This document shows positions 51,149 to 60,489 of a stretch of DNA of 64,000 nucleotides, piece after piece. Every line of letters starts with the position of its first letter. The first letter of the stretch is position 1. Source of the stretch: a virus; IMG/VR virus record IMGVR_UViG_3300027792_000292, positions 1-64,000 of that record; one strand, written 5' to 3'. Position numbers and translations under genes: made by a program. A model generated the notes under the pieces. That model saw nothing but the letters and a program-made list of their open reading frames with translations. It was not told where the DNA came from and made no database searches.

Positions 51149-52342
51149 ATGGAAGTGTCTAAGGACCTTATTAGTAAAGTCATGAAGAATGTAATGGCGG
51201 CAGAGCCCACCGAAGAAACTAAAGGTACGCCCGCACAAATTGGTGGGGTTAAGTATTATTTCTATGATGTTGCCGTATATAAAGGAACCCCTTCTGATAT
51301 CAATTACGCTGACATCAACGAAACAATTACTAAGGCTACTGACGCAAATATTATCAAAGATTTGTTGGACCGCCTTGACAATGGCATTACCGGAAATGCT
51401 GATAACTTTGCATGGAAATACCTTGCTATTAAGAACAACAATTACAAGGGTAAGGTTGTTGTTTACTACTGTCCATTAGAATCAAGTGGCAAAAAAATGC
51501 AGAATCCAAAGCTTCTGTCAGCAGATGGTAGTATAGTGGACGCTAAAGAATTTGAAGACGCAAATAGCTTATACAAAGATATGGGAGGGGCTCAATACGC
51601 TATAGTAGATAAAGGAACTAATAGCTTCTTTGTTAAGGGGATGCCTAATGAATCAAATATCAAGCAGCTTCTAACAAGTAACTTGAAATTTCCTAATCAG
51701 ATGGGTTGGTCTGAGTTCAATAATGAGCAGGGTAACTACCGAATGTTTTTTCAGAATAGATTGGTAAAACCTGATTACAGTGAGCCCGAAGATGCTTTTA
51801 AATCCCCAGCAGACCTGAATAAGATTAAACAGATAGCAGACAAAAGAATACAGGAACTAGGGGTTAAAAAAGAACCGATACAGGTTAAAAAAGAACCAAT
51901 GACACCTTCTTTAGGAGATAAGATGAAGGAGGAAGAGTCACCAACAGGTAAAGGACCTATGACTATGGATAAGGCAAAAGAAAGATTTGCTACTAAGTTA
52001 GAGCAGGATGAAGAAGGGGTTTACTCTGGCGGCTCGGATGTAATGAAACAGTTAGTTAGTAAGATGAGGAAGACTATGAATACGTGGAATCACGGTAAGA
52101 AGGTAGCATTAAATGACGTACCTCTTTCTCAGGAGCTAGAGGAGACCGCCAAAGCACATAAGAATATTTCAAATAAATTGCGCCCTGTGGATAAACCAAA
52201 GTCCATTAGGGAAGATAACATATCAAAAGCATATCAAGATGCTGCAAATCAAGCTAAAACTATAACTGGTACAACCAAAAAATTAGCTTCGCAGAATAAA
52301 GGTCAAATAGCAAGAGTACTGAACAGTTTTTTAAAAAAGTAG
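51149..52342 (+). CDS. Hypothetical protein, Lys/Glu-rich C-terminus (possible internal virion protein)
   Basis: 397-aa ORF with SD AAGGTGG. Charged low-complexity tail. Last gene before the intergenic gap that precedes the replication genes. Confidence 0.65.
   Translation: MEVSKDLISKVMKNVMAAEPTEETKGTPAQIGGVKYYFYDVAVYKGTPSDINYADINETITKATDANIIKDLLDRLDNGITGNADNFAWKYLAIKNNNYKGKVVVYYCPLESSGKKMQNPKLLSADGSIVDAKEFEDANSLYKDMGGAQYAIVDKGTNSFFVKGMPNESNIKQLLTSNLKFPNQMGWSEFNNEQGNYRMFFQNRLVKPDYSEPEDAFKSPADLNKIKQIADKRIQELGVKKEPIQVKKEPMTPSLGDKMKEEESPTGKGPMTMDKAKERFATKLEQDEEGVYSGGSDVMKQLVSKMRKTMNTWNHGKKVALNDVPLSQELEETAKAHKNISNKLRPVDKPKSIREDNISKAYQDAANQAKTITGTTKKLASQNKGQIARVLNSFLKK
51862..51900 (+). repeat. 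21-nt tandem repeat (VKKEP twice)
   Basis: GGTTAAAAAAGAACC at 51862 and 51883. Confidence 0.75.
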
Positions 52343-52354
52343 ATAAATTATTTT

Positions 52355-52469
52355 AGAGTTTTTGGAAATTATAAAAAAGTAAGTTGTCAGGGATAATTGT
52401 TGGCTGTGTGGTATTTTCTCCTTTAAAATTGTTTTACCACAGAGTATATTATCTCAGAGTTTTTGGAAA
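52355..52469 (+). repeat. 14-nt direct repeat flanking the replication-module promoter
   Basis: AGAGTTTTTGGAAA at 52355-52368 and 52456-52469. Confidence 0.7.
52422..52453 (+). promoter_or_regulatory. Putative early/middle sigma70-like promoter TTTAAA-N17-TATATT
   Basis: -35 TTTAAA at 52422-27, 17-nt spacer, -10 TATATT at 52445-50. The same architecture (TTTAAAAT...AGTAyATTATC) occurs at 60399-60430. Confidence 0.6.
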
Positions 52470-54280
52470 AAAGAGTCCCTGCTGTTGCGGGGCGTTTTGA
52501 ACTTAAAGATCGGTTTTTAGAGATGGGATTTGCACAAAAGCCTTCCAATTTTGAACTTATTAAAGACATTCGCCAAAGGAAAGACCTCAAGCTTAAACCC
52601 TGTGATTACATCAAAGGGGGAGTTGAACTTAGGTACTATCAAGTTGTAGGATGCCTTCATTTTCTTCTTCTTAGTCGAATGATCCTTGGGGACAGCGCCG
52701 GATTAGGTAAGACCCTGCAGTCAATCTCTGGGTACTCTTTCCTGCTTCAAAAAGACCCCTCCCTTAAGCTTCTTGTTGTTACAAACAAATCTGCGGTTAC
52801 TCAATGGCGGGATGAGTTCTTGCTGTTCTCAAAAGATATAACAGTCCACGCCCTGACCAATGAGTATGGAAAAGCTACCAATCAGGACCTCTATGCTCCG
52901 GTAGCAGAGCTTAGAGCTAAGAAAATACCTTACACCACTCTAACTGGCTTTGAAGCTCGTCAAGCACAATATAAGACCGTAAAAACGCAAGTCCTTGTAA
53001 GTAGCTATTACCCTCTTGAAGTAGACTACCAGTTTCTTATTGAAAACAGGTCACCATCTTTTGTAGTTGTTTTTGATGAAGCTCAGGCATTTAAGAATGA
53101 TGAAACTCAGGCATACTTAGGTGCTCAGCTAGTATCAAAGGCGGCTCAGCGTGTATATGGATTAAGCGCCACTATCATAAAGAATAAACTTGAAGAAGCG
53201 TATAATATCTTTAATATTATTGTTCCTGGTCTTTTTGGTAGCAAAGAAAAGTTCCTGAAGCAGTATACTAATCGTCAGCAGCTGAAAATAAAAAGAGGAA
53301 CCAGAATTGTTAAGCCTAAAAAGATTGTGTCCTATAAAAATTTGGATGAATTTAGAGACATAATAGAACCCTACTTTTTAATTAGGCGTACAAGACAAGT
53401 AGAGAGTGACCTACCTTCTTTGATTTCTAAAAGAATAGAATTAGAGATGTGTGAAAAGCAATCGGCTCTATATGCTGAAGCTTTATGTGGGGATGTATAT
53501 AGAAGGATAGTACAGAAGAAATACTTTGAATACAAAGAGAAAATAGATAATCAAACCGAGATTACAGACAAAGAACAAGAAAAGCTGGATAAGTTTGAAA
53601 AACAGTATGAGGAATCTACAGAAGAAGATTGTCAGTGGAAGAATAAGGTAGCTTCCCTTTCCTATCTTCAAATGATCTCTAACGGCCCCTGTTGGCTTGA
53701 GGGGGAAGACGGAGAAAGCTCCAAAGAACTGGAATTCAAAAGGCTTTTTGAGGAAGAGCTTTCTACAGAAAAAGTTATTATATTCACCCGCTTCGAATCA
53801 GGAATCTATCGTTTAGAAAAAATTCTGGACGACCTTGGATTAAAGCATGTTAAGGTAACTGGTACCTGTAAGCAAGCTGACCGTGATAAAGCCCGTTTGG
53901 ATTTTCAAGACCTTGAAAAAAATGTTACGGCTATCATAATCACCTTTGCTGGTTCTGCTGCTCTGAATCTTCAGAAAGCCAATGTCCTTCTTTTCTTTGA
54001 TACTCCTTGGAGTTATGGGGATCTGTATCAGACTATAGGACGAGCCCAGCGTATTGGAAGCCTTCATAAGCATATATACATACTGCACCTAGTAAATCAA
54101 GGAACAATAGACAATCATGTACTAAAAGTATTAAAAGGTAAAAAGGAACTTATCGCTGACGTTATGGGGGACATAGCTGAAGGGTCTTTAGAGTTCAATA
54201 AAGATATAGTTATGTTCCAAGATGATGAGAGTACTATTAACGCGCTGTTTGACTCAGTGTTTGAAAAAGAGGCAAAATGA
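52463..54280 (+). CDS. SNF2-family (SF2) helicase/ATPase
   Basis: Q motif LRYYQ, Walker A GDSAGLGKT, Walker B VVFDEAQ, motif III GLSAT, 'LNLQKAN', motif VI QTIGRAQRIG. Start is TTG 52463 or ATG 52523. Confidence 0.9.
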   Translation: MEKRVPAVAGRFELKDRFLEMGFAQKPSNFELIKDIRQRKDLKLKPCDYIKGGVELRYYQVVGCLHFLLLSRMILGDSAGLGKTLQSISGYSFLLQKDPSLKLLVVTNKSAVTQWRDEFLLFSKDITVHALTNEYGKATNQDLYAPVAELRAKKIPYTTLTGFEARQAQYKTVKTQVLVSSYYPLEVDYQFLIENRSPSFVVVFDEAQAFKNDETQAYLGAQLVSKAAQRVYGLSATIIKNKLEEAYNIFNIIVPGLFGSKEKFLKQYTNRQQLKIKRGTRIVKPKKIVSYKNLDEFRDIIEPYFLIRRTRQVESDLPSLISKRIELEMCEKQSALYAEALCGDVYRRIVQKKYFEYKEKIDNQTEITDKEQEKLDKFEKQYEESTEEDCQWKNKVASLSYLQMISNGPCWLEGEDGESSKELEFKRLFEEELSTEKVIIFTRFESGIYRLEKILDDLGLKHVKVTGTCKQADRDKARLDFQDLEKNVTAIIITFAGSAALNLQKANVLLFFDTPWSYGDLYQTIGRAQRIGSLHKHIYILHLVNQGTIDNHVLKVLKGKKELIADVMGDIAEGSLEFNKDIVMFQDDESTINALFDSVFEKEAK

Positions 54281-54966
54281 TTTGTCCATACTGTAATGAT
54301 ACAGGTTTAGTCAGTAGAGATGCAACAATGAAGGATAGGTATGGTAACGTCATACTTAAACAAGAGTCTTTACCTTGTATTTGCGCTATAAATCCATCTA
54401 TAGACCAAAAATACAAATTACTATCCGGTCTTCCTGATGTGGTTCCTGAAGATATTAAGCGTACAGTCAAAGAGTTCACTTTTCAGAATTATAGAGTGTA
54501 CGGAGTACAAATTGAAGCATTTCTATATGCGCTAAAATGCTTTATAGCCTGTCCATTGTACTTCAACAAGACCTACTTAATAACTGACGGCTATAACATG
54601 GTTAAGAGTTTTCATACAGCAGACTCTGAGGGAAAAAGCCTGGAAAACGTACTTGATTATGACCTACTTGTTCTTGTAATCTCTAAAACTGATCCTCCTA
54701 TGGCTCCTTCGAAAGATGTAGTGTACAGAGTGATATATCGTAGAATACTTATGAAAAAGCCTGTGTGGGTTTTCAGCTCCGATGATACAACTTTTAAAAA
54801 CAGCAAAGAGTACACAGAGGCGCTTGATGAATTGTTAACTAAAGCTAATTTTTTAACAAAAACGATGGATGGGATAAAGTTCAAGAATATTATTTCTACG
54901 GCTGACATCAAGACATTAAGTATTCAAAACAGAGTAAAAGCTAATTCAGATCTAGGAAACATATGA
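54277..54966 (+). CDS. DnaC/IstB-like helicase-loader homologue with N-terminal Zn finger, degenerate P-loop
   Basis: CPYC...CIC Zn knuckle. 'DYDLLVL' and 'VIYRRILMKKPVWVFSS' resemble the DnaC core. No GxxGxGKT. Sits immediately upstream of DnaB. Confidence 0.55.
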   Translation: MICPYCNDTGLVSRDATMKDRYGNVILKQESLPCICAINPSIDQKYKLLSGLPDVVPEDIKRTVKEFTFQNYRVYGVQIEAFLYALKCFIACPLYFNKTYLITDGYNMVKSFHTADSEGKSLENVLDYDLLVLVISKTDPPMAPSKDVVYRVIYRRILMKKPVWVFSSDDTTFKNSKEYTEALDELLTKANFLTKTMDGIKFKNIISTADIKTLSIQNRVKANSDLGNI

Positions 54967-56501
54967 TTACGTTAGATACAATATTCCGTTCTATAGTAAA
55001 TTGTAGGAATGCCCAAGGTAAGCCCACACTTACTCAGGATGATATGGTAAAGAATTTCCGTTCTTTACAGCAGATTATACCTAAACCTCCCGAGGACCCT
55101 GCTTACAAAATTCTCTATCATTTTCTTTTCAACTATTTAAAGAAGTGCGATGGTGGCGGATCTTTAGAGCTACCATCATATGAATACCTTAAAAAGTATT
55201 TTGAAGAGAAGGAGGGTAATGAAGCTGTGCTGGCAGCCCTGGAAAGAATCATCCAGGAAAGACCATGTGAGGGAGAAGAATTTAGAGCTATACTCAGGGA
55301 GTACCGTGATGACCAAAATCTGGATGACTTTGAAAAGATACTTACTGATGTAAATAAAATAGCTCGATTGGGGTTGGAGATTAATAATGGCAAGAAAAAG
55401 AGTAAGCTTCAAGGTATAGAATCTGCGATTGGTTTTTTTGCTCAGAAATCCAGGGATCTTAGAAAGACCTTGACCAAAATTACAACTGAGTCTCAAATTG
55501 TTAGTAGAAACGCTATTAATGAGGCAAAAGAGAAATATAAACAAAAAGAAACAACGCCAGATGGTGTGCTTGGTATACAGACAGGTATTTATGGAATAGA
55601 TAGATACAGTTATGGACTAGGTAGAGGTCAATTTATGATTGTTGGTGCTTTCACGGAGCATGGTAAAACAACTTTCTGCCTTAACATGGCCTATCAAGCT
55701 ATCATTTGTGGTTGGAATACTGCATTCATATCTCTTGAAATGTCCCATGATGAAATTAAAGAAAAGATATACACCCTTCATACATGTAACCCTAAGTTTA
55801 GAGATAAATACCCACATCTAAAACATGTCAGTGGTAAAGTTGATATTAATAACGTAGCTAATGGATTATTAAGCCCTGATGAAAAGGAATTGTATTTCAA
55901 AGCATTGGATGACTTGGGGGAGGGTGAAAATGAAGCATACGGAAACTTCTATCTGTGGCAACCGGAAAGTACAATAACCACAATAAGTGATATTGAATTT
56001 AAGCTTTTGGATATACAACAGCAATTCAAAGCTAATGATAGGGACCTTGATTTTGTAGTTATTGATTATTTAAGTCTTCTTGGAATAGATAGAACCGATA
56101 AGACTAACGATCATAACCAAGATTTGAACAACACTATTAAAGCTACCAAACGTTTATGTCTTACGTTCAATAATGGTAAGGGCGTAGCTCTTTTATCCCC
56201 ATTTCAGATTAGTCGTGGGGCGTTTAAAGAAGCTTCAAAAAATGAAGGTAAATACGATTCTACTGCACTTTCAAATGCTCACGAGGCTGAGCGCTCAGCG
56301 GATATCGTATTAACTTTATGGGTAGATGAAGAAATGCGTAATAGTGGAGTTACAAGGATACAGAACTTGAAAAATAGACGTAACAGACACTTTCCAGCTA
56401 CCACTGCTAATGTAAATAAGATGTCTGGATTCATAACCGATCATATCAATATAAGTGAGACAGATCCAGTCAAAGTTGTTGGGGAAATGTATGGTATATG
56501 A
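54963..56501 (+). CDS. dnaB: Replicative DnaB-like (SF4) helicase
   Basis: Walker A GAFTEHGKTT, 'FISLEMS', 'VVIDYLSLL', 'SPFQISR', 'AERSADIVLTL', 'LKNR'. Confidence 0.9.
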   Translation: MITLDTIFRSIVNCRNAQGKPTLTQDDMVKNFRSLQQIIPKPPEDPAYKILYHFLFNYLKKCDGGGSLELPSYEYLKKYFEEKEGNEAVLAALERIIQERPCEGEEFRAILREYRDDQNLDDFEKILTDVNKIARLGLEINNGKKKSKLQGIESAIGFFAQKSRDLRKTLTKITTESQIVSRNAINEAKEKYKQKETTPDGVLGIQTGIYGIDRYSYGLGRGQFMIVGAFTEHGKTTFCLNMAYQAIICGWNTAFISLEMSHDEIKEKIYTLHTCNPKFRDKYPHLKHVSGKVDINNVANGLLSPDEKELYFKALDDLGEGENEAYGNFYLWQPESTITTISDIEFKLLDIQQQFKANDRDLDFVVIDYLSLLGIDRTDKTNDHNQDLNNTIKATKRLCLTFNNGKGVALLSPFQISRGAFKEASKNEGKYDSTALSNAHEAERSADIVLTLWVDEEMRNSGVTRIQNLKNRRNRHFPATTANVNKMSGFITDHINISETDPVKVVGEMYGI

Positions 56502-57055
56502 AAAGTATAGATGATGTAAAAGCAGAGATTAATAAGTACGTAAGACTTGGAAATATACTTAGAGAGACTGGGTATTTACGAACAGACATGGAAGAGGAAC
56601 AGTTTTCATGCCCGTTTCATGGAAAAGATTCAAAGCCCAGCGCCCGATATTATAGGGTCACTGATTCCTGTTATTGCTTTACATGTCATCAGGCGTGGGA
56701 TTTGTACTCATACCTGATGCAGCGGGATACCGCCACTTTTAAAGAAGTGATAAATACGCTTATTAAGCATTACAAGATTGATTTGTCAAGACTACCTGAG
56801 GCTATAGTTTCTGCTGGTAGTAAGTCATTCACAGGGAAAAGAGATACAGGAGTAAATGAGGAAAAGCTTTTTATTATCAAAGCTGGAACGATGATTTCAG
56901 GGATGAGAGGTAAGGTAGAAATAGAGAAGTATAGAAGGATAGTATTTGCTTATATGCTTCTAAAATATTCGACATCAGATGATATGTTTAGAGAAAAGGC
57001 ACTGAAACTCAAAGAAGTTTTGGTACGACTTTATAGGGAGATATTAAATGGCTAG
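56498..57055 (+). CDS. CHC2 zinc-finger protein (primase zinc-binding domain without TOPRIM)
   Basis: 'CPFHGKDSKPS...CYCFTC' and 'F..VINTL' match the DnaG zinc-binding domain. Only 185 aa, with no DxD TOPRIM domain. Confidence 0.85.
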   Translation: MKSIDDVKAEINKYVRLGNILRETGYLRTDMEEEQFSCPFHGKDSKPSARYYRVTDSCYCFTCHQAWDLYSYLMQRDTATFKEVINTLIKHYKIDLSRLPEAIVSAGSKSFTGKRDTGVNEEKLFIIKAGTMISGMRGKVEIEKYRRIVFAYMLLKYSTSDDMFREKALKLKEVLVRLYREILNG

Positions 57056-59579
57056 GACAGAACAAAAAGACAGTTTGCTGACCAAAGAATTAGACCTATT
57101 TGTAGAACATAATGTAAAGGATATACTAGACCTTCATCCGTGGATGTCCGATAAAACATTTAGACTCCTTACAAAACAAAAAGAAATAGAAGAATATATA
57201 GAAAGATGCATACAGAGCGGGATATGTGCTTTAGACTTAGAGACTACAGGTTTAAATACTAGGATAATAAATGGTAAACCTGTTATTAATTTAGTAGGTA
57301 TTTGTTTAGCATGCTCTGACAAAGAGGGTATTTATATCCCAGTAGGACATACAGGATACACTGATAATGTACCTCTGGACATCGCAGTGTATATGTTAAA
57401 GATTTTATGCAACTCAGAGTGTATTCTAATTTTTCACAACTTTAAGTATGATGGTGAGGTACTTAGGGGTTTGGGGATTATTATAGAGGATGAGAATAAG
57501 ATAGAAGATACCCTTCTTCTTGCCGCAGTTGATGATGCTTCTAGAAAACAAAAAGGTCTTAAATATCTTTCTGAGAATCTTGTCGGTCGCCCCATGCTTG
57601 AGATTAACAATCTTGGTGTAGAATCCTCAAAGAAAAAGGTAGCTGCTTTCTCTGAGGTATCCCCGAAGAAAGCAGTCATATATGGAGGTAGTGATGCCAT
57701 GAACACGTATGCTCTTTTCTTTAACTTAAAGAAGAGCCTGGATCAGCAAGACCCTACAGGCTCAGAAGGCCCTTGGAGAGTTTATAAGAGGATTGAGAAG
57801 CCAGCATTATTTGTTGTTATGGATATGGAAAGAAATTTAGTTAGAATAAATGTTGAGAAACTAAATAAAATAAAAGAAGAGATTATAGATAGGATGAAGG
57901 AATGTGCCTCTAATATTTTGAAGTTAGCAGGTAGAGAGTTTGATATAAATAGTCCTAAGCAACTTGGGGAAATACTTTTCAATGAAATGAAGATTAAATA
58001 TCCATTAAAGGAAAAGAATGCCAATGGTACCTATTCAACTGATGTTGAGACTCTTGAATTGGTACAGAAGGCTAATCCCATTATTTCTTATATATTGAAC
58101 TACCGCTCTTACCAAAAGACCTTATCTACTTATGTAGAGAACTTCCTTAATAATGTAGATAGAAATGGGGAGGTAAAATTCCAACTAAATCAGGTACAAG
58201 CAGAGACGGGGCGTTTCTCTGCCTCGGGTGGTAGTGGGTATGGAATTGATGGGTACTGTGGGGTAAACTGTCAGAACATAAGTACCTATGACCCGGATGA
58301 TCCCACATCATTTGATTTAAGAGATGCAGTAGAAGCTCATGATGGGTTTGTAATAGTAGCAGTAGACTATAGCGGGGAAGAATTACGCATTGCAGCTAAC
58401 CTATCTAAAGAACCAAACTGGATAAAAGAATTTTTACAGGGTACTGGTGATATTCATACGATAACCGCACGAGCGGCTTTAGGTAAACAAGACCTTACCA
58501 AGAAGGAGAGAGGGATTGGTAAGACGTTAAACTTCCAAACTTTGTATGGTGGAGGCCCAGGAAGTTTTGCTGCTAAAGCTGGAATCACTATAGAATCAGC
58601 TAAGAAATTACAAGCTAACTTTTTCAAAGCTAACCCTACTTTGAGAAGGTGGATGGATGATGAGACAAAGATTACAAAGAGGCGTATGTTCAGTAGAACT
58701 GCTTTAGGCAGAAGACGTAATCTAAAGCATTTCTATATGGCTGATGATAGTTATACCCAATCTAAAGGGGATCGTTGTGCTATAAATAGTGCCATACAAG
58801 GATGTGGAGCAGATATTATTAAGCTTGCTCTATACAGAGTATGGAAATGGATAAATAAGAACGGGTACCAGAATGATATCAAGATTCTTCTTCCGGTACA
58901 TGATGAAATAGTTTATGAGATGAGGGAAGATAAATTAGATTTTTTGATCCCAGAGATTGTAAACATTATGCAACTGAGGGATGTAACTGACCGTCTAGGG
59001 TGGGAAGTCCCACTAGTTGTAGATGCTGAATACGGGAAGACTTGGAAAGTTGAACATGACTTTTTCAAAGAAAAGGCAAAACAGGAAAAAACAAAGGAGG
59101 CGACACCACAGCAACCAAAACAGGATAATGATAGTCAACCTGAGAAGGTAGTAACTACATATGAACCAGCTCAGCCTCAGGTTTCAGGTAGTAATGAAGG
59201 GACTGTAATATCAGCCCAGAACGAAGTTACTTATAATTTTAGTATCTCAATCAGGGATGAACTACTAAAAGCTGCCCCAAAAGTTACAGAATTAAAAGAA
59301 GAGAATGATCCAGTAGAAAGTGCCACGTTTGAAGGAAAAAGTTTAAAGGAATGCGTGGACAAAGAAGATTTCTTTGTCTATACTATTTTTAAAGTCGATT
59401 TTGTCGTATCAGAACAGTTTACTACAGTTATGAAACTATTGGTTTACGGAGATAGTTCTTTTATAGGGCATAAGAAAAGGATAAAGGTAAAGGATCAAGA
59501 TGGAAAGATCATCTATACGAGTAGCACGCCTGTATCCATAGATGCCTTTGTAGCGCTCTGTACGTGGCTTAATCTGTAG
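57048..59579 (+). CDS. polA: Family A DNA polymerase (3'-5' exonuclease + polymerase; no 5'-3' exonuclease)
   Basis: ExoI ALDLETTG, ExoII FHNFKYD, ExoIII YGGSDA, 'ETGRFS', motif A DYSGEELR, motif B GKTLNFQTLYG, motif C VHDE. Confidence 0.95.
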   Translation: MARTEQKDSLLTKELDLFVEHNVKDILDLHPWMSDKTFRLLTKQKEIEEYIERCIQSGICALDLETTGLNTRIINGKPVINLVGICLACSDKEGIYIPVGHTGYTDNVPLDIAVYMLKILCNSECILIFHNFKYDGEVLRGLGIIIEDENKIEDTLLLAAVDDASRKQKGLKYLSENLVGRPMLEINNLGVESSKKKVAAFSEVSPKKAVIYGGSDAMNTYALFFNLKKSLDQQDPTGSEGPWRVYKRIEKPALFVVMDMERNLVRINVEKLNKIKEEIIDRMKECASNILKLAGREFDINSPKQLGEILFNEMKIKYPLKEKNANGTYSTDVETLELVQKANPIISYILNYRSYQKTLSTYVENFLNNVDRNGEVKFQLNQVQAETGRFSASGGSGYGIDGYCGVNCQNISTYDPDDPTSFDLRDAVEAHDGFVIVAVDYSGEELRIAANLSKEPNWIKEFLQGTGDIHTITARAALGKQDLTKKERGIGKTLNFQTLYGGGPGSFAAKAGITIESAKKLQANFFKANPTLRRWMDDETKITKRRMFSRTALGRRRNLKHFYMADDSYTQSKGDRCAINSAIQGCGADIIKLALYRVWKWINKNGYQNDIKILLPVHDEIVYEMREDKLDFLIPEIVNIMQLRDVTDRLGWEVPLVVDAEYGKTWKVEHDFFKEKAKQEKTKEATPQQPKQDNDSQPEKVVTTYEPAQPQVSGSNEGTVISAQNEVTYNFSISIRDELLKAAPKVTELKEENDPVESATFEGKSLKECVDKEDFFVYTIFKVDFVVSEQFTTVMKLLVYGDSSFIGHKKRIKVKDQDGKIIYTSSTPVSIDAFVALCTWLNL

Positions 59580-59608
59580 AAGATGTTCGCAAATTTTTGG
59601 AGTAAACA

Positions 59609-60226
59609 ATGCAAGTAGTTAATACGGTGGAAGATTTTAAGAGGTATAATGAGAATGATTTACGATCATTTATGGCGTACAAGACTGGTATCTATAACAG
59701 GGACCTTCATGATGAGGCTATTCAGGAGTTCTATGTAAAGCTGATCGAGACAAGAGCCTTGGAAACTTTTGATCCCAACTATGAAAATAAACCTAGGAGA
59801 TTTGACTCTTACATACTTACGCTTTTTTGTTATTTAATGCCAGAGTTAAAGAAAAATAACCATAGGGCACGTTACTCTATGGTTACAAAAGTGAATGTTG
59901 GGCACCATTCTCCCAAAATGGTGGATATCTGGGAGTTTGTAAGTAAGGAAGATTTGAATTCAGAGTTTGCGGTGAGTCATACATATTCTGCATCTGCATT
60001 AGAAATGCGACAGGATGATGAAATTAATCTCTACACTCAAGACTTTATAGAGTACCTAAGAAGGACCGAGCCTAAAAAAAAGGCTGATAGGATGATAGAG
60101 TACCTCACACGAAAATTACAAGGTTGTAATGGTACTGATATAGCACATATGTTAGGTTTATCTAATAACATGGTCAAGTTTATCAAAAGAGATTTGTACG
60201 AGGCTTTTAATGACTGGAATAAATAA
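59609..60226 (+). CDS. Sigma-70/ECF-like RNA polymerase sigma factor
   Basis: Region-2-like 'DEAIQEFYVKL...FDP...FDSYI' and region-4 HTH 'GCNGTDIAHMLGLSNNMVKFIKR'. SD GGAG. Confidence 0.65.
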   Translation: MQVVNTVEDFKRYNENDLRSFMAYKTGIYNRDLHDEAIQEFYVKLIETRALETFDPNYENKPRRFDSYILTLFCYLMPELKKNNHRARYSMVTKVNVGHHSPKMVDIWEFVSKEDLNSEFAVSHTYSASALEMRQDDEINLYTQDFIEYLRRTEPKKKADRMIEYLTRKLQGCNGTDIAHMLGLSNNMVKFIKRDLYEAFNDWNK

Positions 60227-60417
60227 TGATAGACCATAAGAAATATAAGTCCTTGAGTTATGAAGAGACAATAATTATGATTGAAGAACTGAAGAAAAAT
60301 TTAGAGAAATATAACTCTGGGAGGATAGATCTGCCTGAAGATTTTTCCTATCGAGATGCAATAGTCACTTTGGGCTATTTAAGAAATCGAGCACGTAGTT
60401 TAAAATCAAAGCGCTAA
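60226..60417 (+). CDS. Small hypothetical protein
   Basis: 63 aa. TAATG overlap with the upstream stop. Confidence 0.6.
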   Translation: MIDHKKYKSLSYEETIIMIEELKKNLEKYNSGRIDLPEDFSYRDAIVTLGYLRNRARSLKSKR

Positions 60418-60430
60418 ATAGTACATTATC
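60399..60430 (+). promoter_or_regulatory. Putative early/middle promoter TTTAAA-N17-TACATT
   Basis: -35 TTTAAA at 60399-404, 17-nt spacer, -10 TACATT at 60422-27. Matches the 52422 element, including flanking AT, AG and ATC. Confidence 0.6.
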
Positions 60431-60489
60431 GTGGTGCGTAATGCATATCACTACGAAGGGGTTGGTAAAGGGACTACCAATAACCTTCG
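60429..60489 (+). promoter_or_regulatory. Structured 5' leader (two overlapping hairpins) before the MBL hydrolase RBS
   Basis: One stem is TCGTGGTG/CACTACGA (60429-36/60449-56). The other is CGAAGG..TTGGTA/TACCAA..CCTTCG (60454-67/60475-89). SD AAAGGAG follows at 60491. Confidence 0.45.

Noticed and set aside
1-52342. Bacterial extracellular contractile injection system or tailocin locus
   Set aside because: It is contiguous and co-oriented with phage-type DnaB, PolA, SNF2 and ThyX genes, with no host housekeeping context. A phage genome is the simpler explanation.
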